Source of the DNA: Candidatus Poribacteria bacterium
GTDB taxonomy: Bacteria; Poribacteria; WGA-4E; UBA9662
Direction: 5' to 3'
DNA length: 33,056 nt
Assembly (NCBI GenBank): GCA_046582655.1
Contig: JAYGDX010000104.1
Span: 1-33,056 of the forward strand
Below, piece by piece: positions 18,268 to 27,298 of the stretch. The position numbers and the translations under genes were made by a program. The stretch's first letter is position 1. Each line of letters starts with the position of its first letter. The notes below the pieces were generated by a model. It ran no database searches, was not told where the DNA came from, and saw nothing but the letters and a program-made list of their open reading frames with translations.

Positions 18268-19482
18268 GTGTCACATTTGAAGTACGCCCTAATTGGCTAT
18301 GGTCGGCGGGGAAAAGTGCATCTCGAAACAGCTACTGAACTGAAGGATACTTTTAAAATCGTTGCTGTTTGTGATGCCCATCAGAGATCAGCAGAGACAG
18401 GTGCTGACCAGGTTGGTGCCAAAGCCTATAGTGACGTTCGAAAGATGATTGAACGTGAAAACCCGGATGTCTGCGATGTCGTTGTTCCAGCGGAATTACA
18501 TCACGTTGTCTCTTGCTACCTCTCAGACTGTGGTATCCACCATAATGTTGAAACTGGTCTGGCGCCAACGCTTGGCCTAATGAACCTGATGATTGGTAAA
18601 GCGAAGGCTAATAACGTAAAATTGCAAACTTCTGAGAATTTCCCGTTTGTACCGGTTGAGCAGTTCGTCTGCCATCTGATTCAATCCGGCGCCATCGGCA
18701 AGGTTCACAAATGTTACCGTCTGTTCTCAACAACAGGTTATCATGGTCTTGCGGCCATGCGATGTCGTATGGATGCCAAACCAATTGCTGTCAGTAGCAT
18801 TGGCCATACAATGCCTGTTGTCTCATATGTCGATCGTGCCAAGCGAGATTTTGATACCGAAAGATTAGAATTTTACACCGTTGATTTCGACAATGGCGGA
18901 ATTGGCATTGCTATGGTCGGCAATAAAAATAGCTGTTTGGGCCGAAACATGCTGGTTGGTTTTGAAACCTGCGGGGAACGCGGAACAATCATAACTAATG
19001 GGAACCAAGGAGCAACCGGTGATGAAACTATTAATGTCTGCACAGATGAAGATATTAATCAGCATGAGGCCAAAGCCAAAACTTACCCATTTCAACGTGA
19101 ATATAGTGAAAATGATGTTCTGAAGCGGATATATGTTGAATTGCCGAAATCATTGGGTGGAACAATAGAGTGGCATAACCCATATCTTGAAACGGGAATT
19201 CTGGAAAAAAATATTTCACTAGCCACGATGCTTGAAGGCATTGCGCAAGCCGTTCGAGAAGACCTCGATCCACTATGGACAGGTGAGATGGGACGTGAAG
19301 ACCAAGAAATGGTCATCGCTGCACATCGGTCAATTCAGATGAATCGTCAGCCGGTTAATTTGCCCATCTCAATTGATCTTGGTGAAGAAGAAGGGTTCGA
19401 TCAACGATTTATACAACGATTTGGCGTGCATCCCCGTGAGGATCTTAATCAAGTCTTAGCTGTGAATTTTAAAGCCCGATGA
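18268..19482 (+). CDS. Gfo/Idh/MocA-family oxidoreductase (divergent)
   Basis: GTG start at 18268 after GAGGA. 'ALIGYGRRGKVH', 'IVAVCD' and 'PDVCDVVVP..LH'; the EKP motif appears as 'ETG'. Confidence 0.82.
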   Translation: MSHLKYALIGYGRRGKVHLETATELKDTFKIVAVCDAHQRSAETGADQVGAKAYSDVRKMIERENPDVCDVVVPAELHHVVSCYLSDCGIHHNVETGLAPTLGLMNLMIGKAKANNVKLQTSENFPFVPVEQFVCHLIQSGAIGKVHKCYRLFSTTGYHGLAAMRCRMDAKPIAVSSIGHTMPVVSYVDRAKRDFDTERLEFYTVDFDNGGIGIAMVGNKNSCLGRNMLVGFETCGERGTIITNGNQGATGDETINVCTDEDINQHEAKAKTYPFQREYSENDVLKRIYVELPKSLGGTIEWHNPYLETGILEKNISLATMLEGIAQAVREDLDPLWTGEMGREDQEMVIAAHRSIQMNRQPVNLPISIDLGEEEGFDQRFIQRFGVHPREDLNQVLAVNFKAR

Positions 19483-19518
19483 CCAAAAACCTAGACTTTT
19501 GACAATTTAGGAGAAAAA

Positions 19519-20517
19519 ATGATCAAATATCGAGTCGGTGTTATCGGCGCTGGCGGAATTGGACACCGGCATGTATCAGGTTTAGTCGAATTAGATCACG
19601 TCAAATTGGTATCGGTGTGCGACATCTCTGAAGAAACGCTTAATGAATTTAAGAAAAAATGGGAAAGTACTTGGTCAAATATTTCACTCTACACTGACCA
19701 TACCAAAATGCTGACCCAAGAAAATTTGGATATTGTAACGATTGCCACGCCTGATAACTATCATGCTGATCCGGTAGTTGAAGCAGCCAATGCGGGTGTA
19801 AAAGGGATATTTTGTGAAAAGCCTATGGCAACTACCTTGATCGATGCAGATCGAATGCTCGAAGCTGTTGAACAAAACAGTTGCCTACTTTCCATTGACC
19901 ATACACGCCGTTTCACATCACTGTGGCATCATATCAAAAATGAGATTATTGCGAGCGGAGAGATTGGTAGATTACAGTATATCACCGGTACACTCAGCGG
20001 CAGGCGGGCTTCAATTTTCCGTAATGGCACCCACCTAATCGATGCGCTCTGCTATTTGGCTGATTCAGAACCTGATTGGGTCTTTGCCGAACTGGAGACA
20101 GGATACGAAGACTATACTGAATACTGTGGTAACGGCGGACAGGATCCTAAACTTGAACCATCAGCCAGCGGTTATATTCATTTCAAAAATGGTGTGCGTG
20201 CGTTTTACACTGGCACTTCCAAGAATACCGCGGGTCCTAAATGGAGGTTCGAGGTTATGGGGAGCCAAGCCTATATCCAGATAGAAAAAGGGGCCAAGAT
20301 TTTCCGAAAAGATTCGATTGAAGAAATTGAACCACCTAAATGGGAAGTTGAAGGTATCCCGGCTGGAACCAGAGATCTAGTTCACGCACTAGATGAAAGT
20401 CGGGAAGTCGCCTCACCGGCTAAAGAAGCACATCACGTGGTTGAAATCATTCACGGGTTCCTAGAATCTCAGCAGCATGGAAACACAAAAATCCATCTTC
20501 CGTTAACACGTTCTTAA
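19519..20517 (+). CDS. Gfo/Idh/MocA-family oxidoreductase
   Basis: 'GVIGAGGIG', 'DIVTIATP..YH', 'CEKPMA' and 'NGTHLID'. Confidence 0.92.
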   Translation: MIKYRVGVIGAGGIGHRHVSGLVELDHVKLVSVCDISEETLNEFKKKWESTWSNISLYTDHTKMLTQENLDIVTIATPDNYHADPVVEAANAGVKGIFCEKPMATTLIDADRMLEAVEQNSCLLSIDHTRRFTSLWHHIKNEIIASGEIGRLQYITGTLSGRRASIFRNGTHLIDALCYLADSEPDWVFAELETGYEDYTEYCGNGGQDPKLEPSASGYIHFKNGVRAFYTGTSKNTAGPKWRFEVMGSQAYIQIEKGAKIFRKDSIEEIEPPKWEVEGIPAGTRDLVHALDESREVASPAKEAHHVVEIIHGFLESQQHGNTKIHLPLTRS

Positions 20518-20536
20518 TTTTAAAAAAGGAGTTGTA

Positions 20537-21364
20537 GTGGCAAAGTTCAGTGTTGTCGTGAATCAAAGAACATATTTGGTTGTTGATCAAGAGACAAAAC
20601 GCTGTCTTGGTGGATTAGGATCTAATGCCTGGCGAACGTTTGTTTTTCCTCTTTACACACCTAGCGGCCATACTGTGATCCAAGAATATCCGTTTGATCA
20701 TCCATTCCACAATGGTTTTTTTGTTGGGCAGGTTGTCAAAGTTGGAAATAGAGAAAGTCTGTTTTGGCATCACAATGACGGGCGAATTCGCCCAGAAGCA
20801 GGTCGAGTTGTCAGTTCTCAATCCCCAGAAGCTAGCCTACATCCCCGTGGAGTTCTTTTTAGATTGAAGCACGTCTGGCATGATGGAAATGGCGAGCCAA
20901 TTATTGACGAGATTCGAACCATTAATATGTATGCTGTTGACGATGCAACCATTTGTGAAATGACCAGTGAGAAAATATCAGCCTATGGCGACACTGAGTA
21001 TCCACAAACCAAGTATGCAGCGATTGGAATCCGTGTTGAGCCTCGATTGCTCCCAGTCATGGGGGGAGTAATCATGGCAGACAATAACCGACAAGGTAAT
21101 GCCGAGATAGTTCAAGAACAGCACTCCGATTTTGTGGCCTATGAAAATGACTTATCAGGTCATGGTCGATTCGGTGTACTAATGACCATTCTCAACCAAG
21201 GTATCCGCGGTCCGTGGTTTATTCGAGACTACGGTATGGCTTTGTTTAATCCGACTTGGCGACAGACGATTCAAGTGCCACAGGGCCAGTCTTGGTCTAT
21301 CAGTCTACGGGTAGTTGCCTACGATGGTCAGTTGACGCAAGAACGCGTATCAGGCTGGATCTAA
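20537..21364 (+). CDS. DUF6807 (PF14100, 'PmoA'-named) family beta-sandwich protein
   Basis: 'FPLYTPSG', 'DHPFHNGFF' and 'PWFIRDYG..LFNP'. GTG start with AGGAG RBS. Confidence 0.75.
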   Translation: MAKFSVVVNQRTYLVVDQETKRCLGGLGSNAWRTFVFPLYTPSGHTVIQEYPFDHPFHNGFFVGQVVKVGNRESLFWHHNDGRIRPEAGRVVSSQSPEASLHPRGVLFRLKHVWHDGNGEPIIDEIRTINMYAVDDATICEMTSEKISAYGDTEYPQTKYAAIGIRVEPRLLPVMGGVIMADNNRQGNAEIVQEQHSDFVAYENDLSGHGRFGVLMTILNQGIRGPWFIRDYGMALFNPTWRQTIQVPQGQSWSISLRVVAYDGQLTQERVSGWI

Positions 21365-21404
21365 ACACCATAGCCCCCTCTATTCTTCAGTAAAAATGTG
21401 CCAA

Positions 21405-22403
21405 ATGAAGACAACTGTAGTTGGCAGTTATCCTATTCCAGAATGGCTTAAAAGTTGCCCAAATGAAGAGACTCTGATCGATGCGACCACAGTTGTGATC
21501 CAAACCCAACTTAGGGCCGGTATTGATGTTATTTCAGATGGTGAGTTGTTGCGTTGGGATTTGGCAAGTAACATGCCAAATGGTATGGCCGAGCGGTTCG
21601 TCGTATCAATGTCAGGCATCAATAGCGATTTGTCGAGATCCGAGCTTGAGGAATTCCGGGCACGTCCGGACATTACCTATCGGCAAAAGCCAGCAGGTAT
21701 AGTTACAGAAGAGTTGGGAGAGGGGGGACTCAATCTTGGACATGATTGGTCGCGAATTCGGCACTTGACCAGTAGTCCCTTTAAGTTTACTGTAACCAGT
21801 CCCTATATGTTGGCTAAAGTTGTTTCCAATACGTATTATGCTAGTCTAACTGATCTGGCATTTGCGTTCGCCGATATTCTGGCAAATCAACTAGCTCACA
21901 TTGACGCTGCCGTGATTCAAATCGATGAACCGAACCTGACAGGATGTCCACAAGATGGTCATATTGCATCTCAGGCGATTAATCGGGTATTGGAAGCAGT
22001 TGGCAGTGAAAAGAATGTCCACCTATGTTTTGGAAACTATCACGGGCAGACCATACAAGATAGTAATTATACGCATCTGATTGGTTTTATGAACCAGTTG
22101 GATTGCGATTGTCTCGTTCTGGAACTCACCCGCCGATCAAAAGATGAAATACGCCATCTGCGTGATGTTCAGCCTAATATTCAATTTGGGATTGGTGTTG
22201 TTGATGTCAAAGATCTGCAGATCGAAACCCCGGAGCAGGTTGCACGTAGAATTGAGGACATTGCCAAAATCCTCGGTTCTGAAAGAATTGCTTATGTAAA
22301 CCCGGATTGCGGTCTCCACATGCTTCCTCGAGCCGTTTCCGATGAAAAACTCAAGGCATTGGTTGCTGGTAGAAATCTCTATTGTGGTATTATCAACAAC
22401 TGA
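21405..22403 (+). CDS. Single-barrel cobalamin-independent methionine synthase-like protein (MetE C-terminal domain only)
   Basis: 'TTVVGSYP.P', 'GIDVISDGE', 'IQIDEP', Zn ligands 'HLC', 'LEL' and 'NPDCG'. Alternative start at 21396. Confidence 0.88.
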   Translation: MKTTVVGSYPIPEWLKSCPNEETLIDATTVVIQTQLRAGIDVISDGELLRWDLASNMPNGMAERFVVSMSGINSDLSRSELEEFRARPDITYRQKPAGIVTEELGEGGLNLGHDWSRIRHLTSSPFKFTVTSPYMLAKVVSNTYYASLTDLAFAFADILANQLAHIDAAVIQIDEPNLTGCPQDGHIASQAINRVLEAVGSEKNVHLCFGNYHGQTIQDSNYTHLIGFMNQLDCDCLVLELTRRSKDEIRHLRDVQPNIQFGIGVVDVKDLQIETPEQVARRIEDIAKILGSERIAYVNPDCGLHMLPRAVSDEKLKALVAGRNLYCGIINN

Positions 22404-22417
22404 ATTAGAGGAAAAAC

Positions 22418-23521
22418 ATGTCAAAAGGAACAATCTATCCATCAGAATCCCTTATTTTTAAAGACGCAAGAACAGGAGCCGAAATTCGGCAAGTGACTAC
22501 TACTTTCGCCTTGCACCACCATCCATTTTTCATTATCCCCGCCTATGATAACGAAATGAAGCGACTGATTTTCGTTTCGCACAGAACGGGTACACCGCAA
22601 ATATTCGCTGAGATCCGTGCGACCGGTGAACTGATGCAATTGACAGACCGTGATGATCTCAGTGAGTGGTCAGTCCATCCGTCCCATAACGGACATTATG
22701 TCTTTTTCACTGCAGGAACTCGTGGTTGGCGTTTAGATCTAGATACGCTAGAAGAGGTAGAATTAGTCAACTTCGCTGCTACACGGATGCGCGAGGAAGG
22801 TATGGTGGGTGCAGCCATGGGAACAACAGCCTTAAGCCATGACGATCAGTGGTGGGCTATTCGCTACAATGTCGGCCGAGAATCAGCGTTATCAATTATT
22901 GATACTGAAACAGGTGCGTATGAGATAATACTACAGCGGGATAGTATTGGTCATCTTCAGTTTTGTCCAGATGATCCCAGTCTGATCTACTACGCAGGCC
23001 CTTTAACCGACAGAGTTTGGGTAATCGATCGGGACGGGGCAAACAACCGACGCCTGTACGCCAGAAACGTGGAGAAAAATGAGTGGATTACTCATGAATC
23101 ATGGATACCGGGAACGCGGGAATTGGCGCTCGTTGATTGGCCAAACGGGATTCGCTGTATAAATGTGGACACTAATCAAGAGCGGCGAATAACCTCATTC
23201 AACGCCTGGCACGCTATCTGTAATACCCAGGGGACTATGATGGTAGCAGACACCAATTTCCCTGATATTGGTATTCAGATCTTTGATCCGAAAGATAACG
23301 ATGGAAACCCAAAAACAATCTGTTATGCTGGGGCGACTTCCGTTGGCGAACACTGGGCTGGTCCATTCCCTTATGCTGATGGTCCGGTTAAGGTTTACGC
23401 TCCTCAGCATACGCACCCACATCCATCATTTAGTCCGGATAGCACTCGTATTGCTTTTACCTCAGATCGCAGCGGTCACGCTCAAGTCTACGAAGTGATG
23501 GTTCCAACTGACATCTGGTAA
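22418..23521 (+). CDS. Oligogalacturonate lyase-like beta-propeller protein
   Basis: 'D.RTGAEIRQVT', 'GHLQFCP.D', 'THESW', 'WH' and 'HPHPSFSPD..RI.FTSD'. No signal peptide. Confidence 0.8.
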   Translation: MSKGTIYPSESLIFKDARTGAEIRQVTTTFALHHHPFFIIPAYDNEMKRLIFVSHRTGTPQIFAEIRATGELMQLTDRDDLSEWSVHPSHNGHYVFFTAGTRGWRLDLDTLEEVELVNFAATRMREEGMVGAAMGTTALSHDDQWWAIRYNVGRESALSIIDTETGAYEIILQRDSIGHLQFCPDDPSLIYYAGPLTDRVWVIDRDGANNRRLYARNVEKNEWITHESWIPGTRELALVDWPNGIRCINVDTNQERRITSFNAWHAICNTQGTMMVADTNFPDIGIQIFDPKDNDGNPKTICYAGATSVGEHWAGPFPYADGPVKVYAPQHTHPHPSFSPDSTRIAFTSDRSGHAQVYEVMVPTDIW

Positions 23522-23553
23522 AAGAATATACTTCCGTAGCTAGTGATTCGAAT

Positions 23554-24927
23554 TTAATGTGAGGTACACCATCGGGCAGACCGCAGATAATCAATGGATG
23601 TTTCTGTTGCTTCCTGGGTTCCAATCCGTTCAAGTGCTTGTAGGGAAAATGCACGAACGAAATGGTTGTCATCGTATAATGCCTCAGACAAAGCAGGTAA
23701 TGCAGCTGATGCATTCTTTCCAATTCGAGCTAGTGAGAGAGCTGCATTTCGACGGACGAGATCTTCATCGTCCGTCAGCCTCTCAGCCAACGGCGCCACT
23801 GCAATATCTGTCGTTTGAGTAATTGTCCCAAGGGCTTCAGTTGCGTGATTTCTGACATTCTTCGATTCATCATTCAAGGTTTCTATCAAGTTGGCGGCTG
23901 CCTCCTGCGCATCAAAGCCAAGATCTCCAAGTGCGTCAGCCGCACGAGCCCTGACTTTTTCATCCTTATCACGCAGAACTTCAGTTAGAAGCGGAACTGC
24001 TGATTGCCCCATCGAATTGAAAGCGTAACTGGCGTTTCGACAAGCGATCTCGTCTTCTCCCTTCAAGGAATCCATGATAACAGAAGAGGCCTGATCACCA
24101 ATATCCCCCAATTCATAGGCGGCATTAACACTGATAGTTTCAGACTCATCGCTCAATTTTTCAGTTAATTCTGAAATAGAACGCGTTCCGTTACCATTTT
24201 CGTGTTTTCCATTTTCGCCCAGATGCCAATTCCAAAGGTTTTGCCAAGTAAGTTCCTGCAAATCATGCGTAGTTTCCCAGCTCACACCTTGGTGATTCCA
24301 ACTGGGGGATTGAGGTTCTGACATTCGTGTGAACAGAAATTTCACCATGTATCGAACTTTGTCTGATGTATTAAGCATCTTGCGATGGAACATATCGTAG
24401 TGAACGATAACAATCGTGCCCGCTTCACCCTCAAGAGGCAACTCTTCGTTCTTTCCAAAAGGCGGTTGGACATTGAAATACTGAGATCTCGGCCATATTC
24501 CAGTCGGACCGAGCTCCAACGGAGTATCTTGCGGATAGTAAAACGCCATTGCCCAACGTGTGCGGTGATGACGATGGTGATCATCAATAGCGAACCTGCT
24601 ATTACCAAGACTATCCTTGTGCATTCCCTGCTCTCCACTATCTGGAGGATTCTCGTGACAATGCCGATGTGGATGGAGATAATAATCTTTTCCCAAAACA
24701 CTGGTCAGTGCACCACGCACCGCCGGATGGCCGAAAACCTTCCGTAACTCCGGAATCCGAGGTAAAAGGTTGTTGCCCGGATTACCTGATTTTTCAAACA
24801 TTTCTTCCGTCTTCTGATGAATTCTCTGGTGAAGGCTAGCCGGAAATTCAGGCTTAACAGTAATGTAACCGTCCTGAATGAAACGCTGCATCGCTTTGTC
24901 ACTGAGTAGATGTGCTTCCTTACGCAT
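23554..24927 (-). CDS. PhyH-family dioxygenase fused to C-terminal HEAT (PBS lyase-like) repeats
   Basis: Start at ATG 24927 (GGAGA RBS). 'MHKD', 'AGTIVIVHYDMFHR' and 'R' in the oxygenase domain, then about six 'L.D....VR..AA.ALG' repeats. Confidence 0.92.
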   Translation of the reverse strand: MRKEAHLLSDKAMQRFIQDGYITVKPEFPASLHQRIHQKTEEMFEKSGNPGNNLLPRIPELRKVFGHPAVRGALTSVLGKDYYLHPHRHCHENPPDSGEQGMHKDSLGNSRFAIDDHHRHHRTRWAMAFYYPQDTPLELGPTGIWPRSQYFNVQPPFGKNEELPLEGEAGTIVIVHYDMFHRKMLNTSDKVRYMVKFLFTRMSEPQSPSWNHQGVSWETTHDLQELTWQNLWNWHLGENGKHENGNGTRSISELTEKLSDESETISVNAAYELGDIGDQASSVIMDSLKGEDEIACRNASYAFNSMGQSAVPLLTEVLRDKDEKVRARAADALGDLGFDAQEAAANLIETLNDESKNVRNHATEALGTITQTTDIAVAPLAERLTDDEDLVRRNAALSLARIGKNASAALPALSEALYDDNHFVRAFSLQALERIGTQEATETSIDYLRSARWCTSH

Positions 24928-25109
24928 TGTTTTTCTCCCTAAATGGGATGGATAATTAGTTGTGTATAGGCACAACAGAATACTGTATGATAACACGACT
25001 TGTGGAATATACAAAACACAGAAAGTATTACCAAACAACAATACCAAATCCTATATACCAACTAGATGGAAAGCAATATCAAAAACAGTTAAATCAAAAG
25101 GAACTCACA

Positions 25110-25871
25110 ATGACTGAAGAAGAGAGATATTTATTTGATGTGCGCGGTTACATGGTACTGAACCAAGTATTGAACGAAAAAGAACTTGCAACACTTAACG
25201 CGACCTTTGATGAAAATCAGATGCAGTCTGAAAACCCTAATGCTGGCCGGGCACGTTATTTGGATTTGATTTCATGGGGAAAAACTTATCGAGATCTGAT
25301 TGACCACCCAGCACTTGTTCCCTATTTAGAGAAAATTTTGGGGGAAGATTTTCGCCTAGACCACGATTATGCAGAGCACATGATAGAAGGTGGGGCAGGT
25401 GAATTGCACTTCAACGGCACACCGTATAGCACGATGTATCACTATAATGTGCAAGATGACAAAATTCACTGTGGATTGGTTTCAGTTGCATGGGCATTGA
25501 AAGATGTGCCATTTGGTGCGGGCGGTTTTTGTTGTGTCCCCGGTAGTCACAAGAGTAGTTTCCCATCCCCCAGCAGTATTACCTGCGTTGGGCAACCATC
25601 AGCCTGTGTAGAACAAATATCTTGTTCGGCAGGCTCGGTAGTTATTTTTACCGAAGCACTAAGACATGGCACCCTCGCTTGGACAGCGCCCGCCCAGCGA
25701 CGAACGCTCTTTTACAAATATTCTCCACGCTATGTTTCTTGGTGGGGTACTTACTATGATCCTAAAGCTTATGATTATACCGAGTCTCAGCAAAAGATAC
25801 TTCGTGCTCCGTATATCAGTCGGCCATCAAATCAGCAAACCGAAAAAGGATATATTATTAGTCCTTCCTGA
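25110..25871 (+). CDS. PhyH-family Fe(II)/2OG enzyme with non-canonical H-F-N motif
   Basis: Start at ATG 25110 (AAGGA RBS). 'EERYLFDVRGY', 'RLDHDY', 'LHFNG', 'VPGSHK', 'FTEALRHGT' and 'RRTLFYKYSP'. Confidence 0.9.
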   Translation: MTEEERYLFDVRGYMVLNQVLNEKELATLNATFDENQMQSENPNAGRARYLDLISWGKTYRDLIDHPALVPYLEKILGEDFRLDHDYAEHMIEGGAGELHFNGTPYSTMYHYNVQDDKIHCGLVSVAWALKDVPFGAGGFCCVPGSHKSSFPSPSSITCVGQPSACVEQISCSAGSVVIFTEALRHGTLAWTAPAQRRTLFYKYSPRYVSWWGTYYDPKAYDYTESQQKILRAPYISRPSNQQTEKGYIISPS

Positions 25872-25982
25872 TTCATCGTCGAGCAAGATGTTCATTCAAT
25901 AATCCCTCTTGCACCTAGTCAGGCGAGATATCGCAAGTTGTTTAATCTATTGCCTCATTCACAGCCTATCTATAATGATTCC

Positions 25983-26132
25983 GTCGAACCACTACTGGAC
26001 AGGGAGGGCTTATTACCCAATCGCTCGGAAAGGCAGCCCCCGCATGGTGGGATGACAGTTCCATCAACGTCTCGAAAGACACGGCATCTGTTGGCGTTGG
26101 GTACGTGACTGTTTGGCTGGAGTCCTGCAAGA
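25983..26132 (+). ncRNA. Candidate structured RNA in convergent intergenic region
   Basis: Locally about 57% GC (69/120 over 25981-26100). Nested helices TACCCAA/TTGGGTA, TGGTGGGA/TTCCATCA and GTCT-CGAA-AGAC. TATAAT at 25971-25976. Confidence 0.35.
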
Positions 26133-26166
26133 TCTATTCTCTCCAAATCACAAAGCTATCAGCTTC

Positions 26167-27150
26167 TCAGCATTCATTCAATGGTGTATGTACAATAAAT
26201 ACTCCCGGTCCGTCAGGTTGATCCTGGTCGAGATCATAAAAAATTGTGCCGAGCGTTTCATCATCGATTTGCACGGTGCGAGGCCATCCACGTCCCATGA
26301 TACGCCGTCCTGGATTGTAGACTTCAAAAGCAGTATCAAAGTGCCAAGTGATTCCCTCATCACGTGAGATAGTTAAACCATAGCTAAACTCTCCATCATG
26401 ACCTATCCCATAGACTATGTAAGTTAAAACAACCCAATTATTGGTCAATGAGGTAAGATCGTAGCCAGCCACGCCGAAATGAGGGAAGACATTCATCGCC
26501 GTCCAAGTGAGACCATCATCGGTTGAACGCAGTCCACCTACCATTTCGCCTGGCACGCCGATGGGAACAGGCGCATTAGCTTGTGGAGCTCCACTGATCA
26601 GGACACCATTTCCAGTACATATCACAGGTACCATACCGTGATTTCGACCATCGCTAAAAGGCTTTATCTGATCACTTTGATGGTCATATAAAACTGTTCG
26701 ATCATAAAAGGGACACACCCACTCAGAAACTGATCGTTCGACGACAGCGTGGCGCAGACAAGTATAGTTTGTGTGGTTGGTGATGGGATAATTTTGTGGA
26801 TCAGACCAAGTTTCGCCTTCGTCATAACTGAGGGAAAACTGCGGTTCCCGCCAGAGAGTTTCTCTCGTTTTCCGATAACACGACCAATTAAGCAGTATCG
26901 TCCCGTTACTCAACGTTGTCAGAGATCCGGGGTAAATCGAGCAGTTTTGTATGGTGGGCATGGGAGTGGGGCAACTCCAAGTTAATCCACCATCGCTGGA
27001 ATGGCTCAATAGTAGCTCCTTTCCTCCTCCACCTTCTTTGTTATAGACGACAAGTACTTTGCCGCTATCGGTAACACAGGCAGCAGGATGAACATGTCCA
27101 CCGATGATATCGGCGATGCGTATCGGCTGATAAATAATTTCCTTGATCAT
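26167..27150 (-). CDS. BNR/Asp-box (sialidase-like) beta-propeller protein
   Basis: Four Asp boxes: SSDGGLTW, SYDEGETW, STDDGLTW and SRDEGITW. No signal peptide. Confidence 0.88.
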   Translation of the reverse strand: MIKEIIYQPIRIADIIGGHVHPAACVTDSGKVLVVYNKEGGGGKELLLSHSSDGGLTWSCPTPMPTIQNCSIYPGSLTTLSNGTILLNWSCYRKTRETLWREPQFSLSYDEGETWSDPQNYPITNHTNYTCLRHAVVERSVSEWVCPFYDRTVLYDHQSDQIKPFSDGRNHGMVPVICTGNGVLISGAPQANAPVPIGVPGEMVGGLRSTDDGLTWTAMNVFPHFGVAGYDLTSLTNNWVVLTYIVYGIGHDGEFSYGLTISRDEGITWHFDTAFEVYNPGRRIMGRGWPRTVQIDDETLGTIFYDLDQDQPDGPGVFIVHTPLNEC

Positions 27151-27298
27151 TCTTATTTCCCATTTTTACCTTTCGTGTTGCGGTCTGCGAGTTGACGCTC
27201 ATCATCAATTTTCATCAATCAGAACATGCGCATCAGGTCAGCAGTATATGCTTTACATCTATACCACACTGAGTTAGGCTGCATAGCGTTTTCAAGTT

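Noticed and set aside
20537..21364. Particulate methane monooxygenase, suggested by the 'PmoA' family name
   Set aside because: The protein is soluble with no TM helices and there are no pmoB/pmoC genes. The family name is a known misnomer.
26001..26125. Cobalamin or lysine riboswitch, or SRP RNA (GCCCCCGC, GAAAGG, ACTGT, GGAG words)
   Set aside because: Spacing and the other core motifs do not fit, there is no downstream plus-strand gene, and the SRP helix-8 motif is absent.
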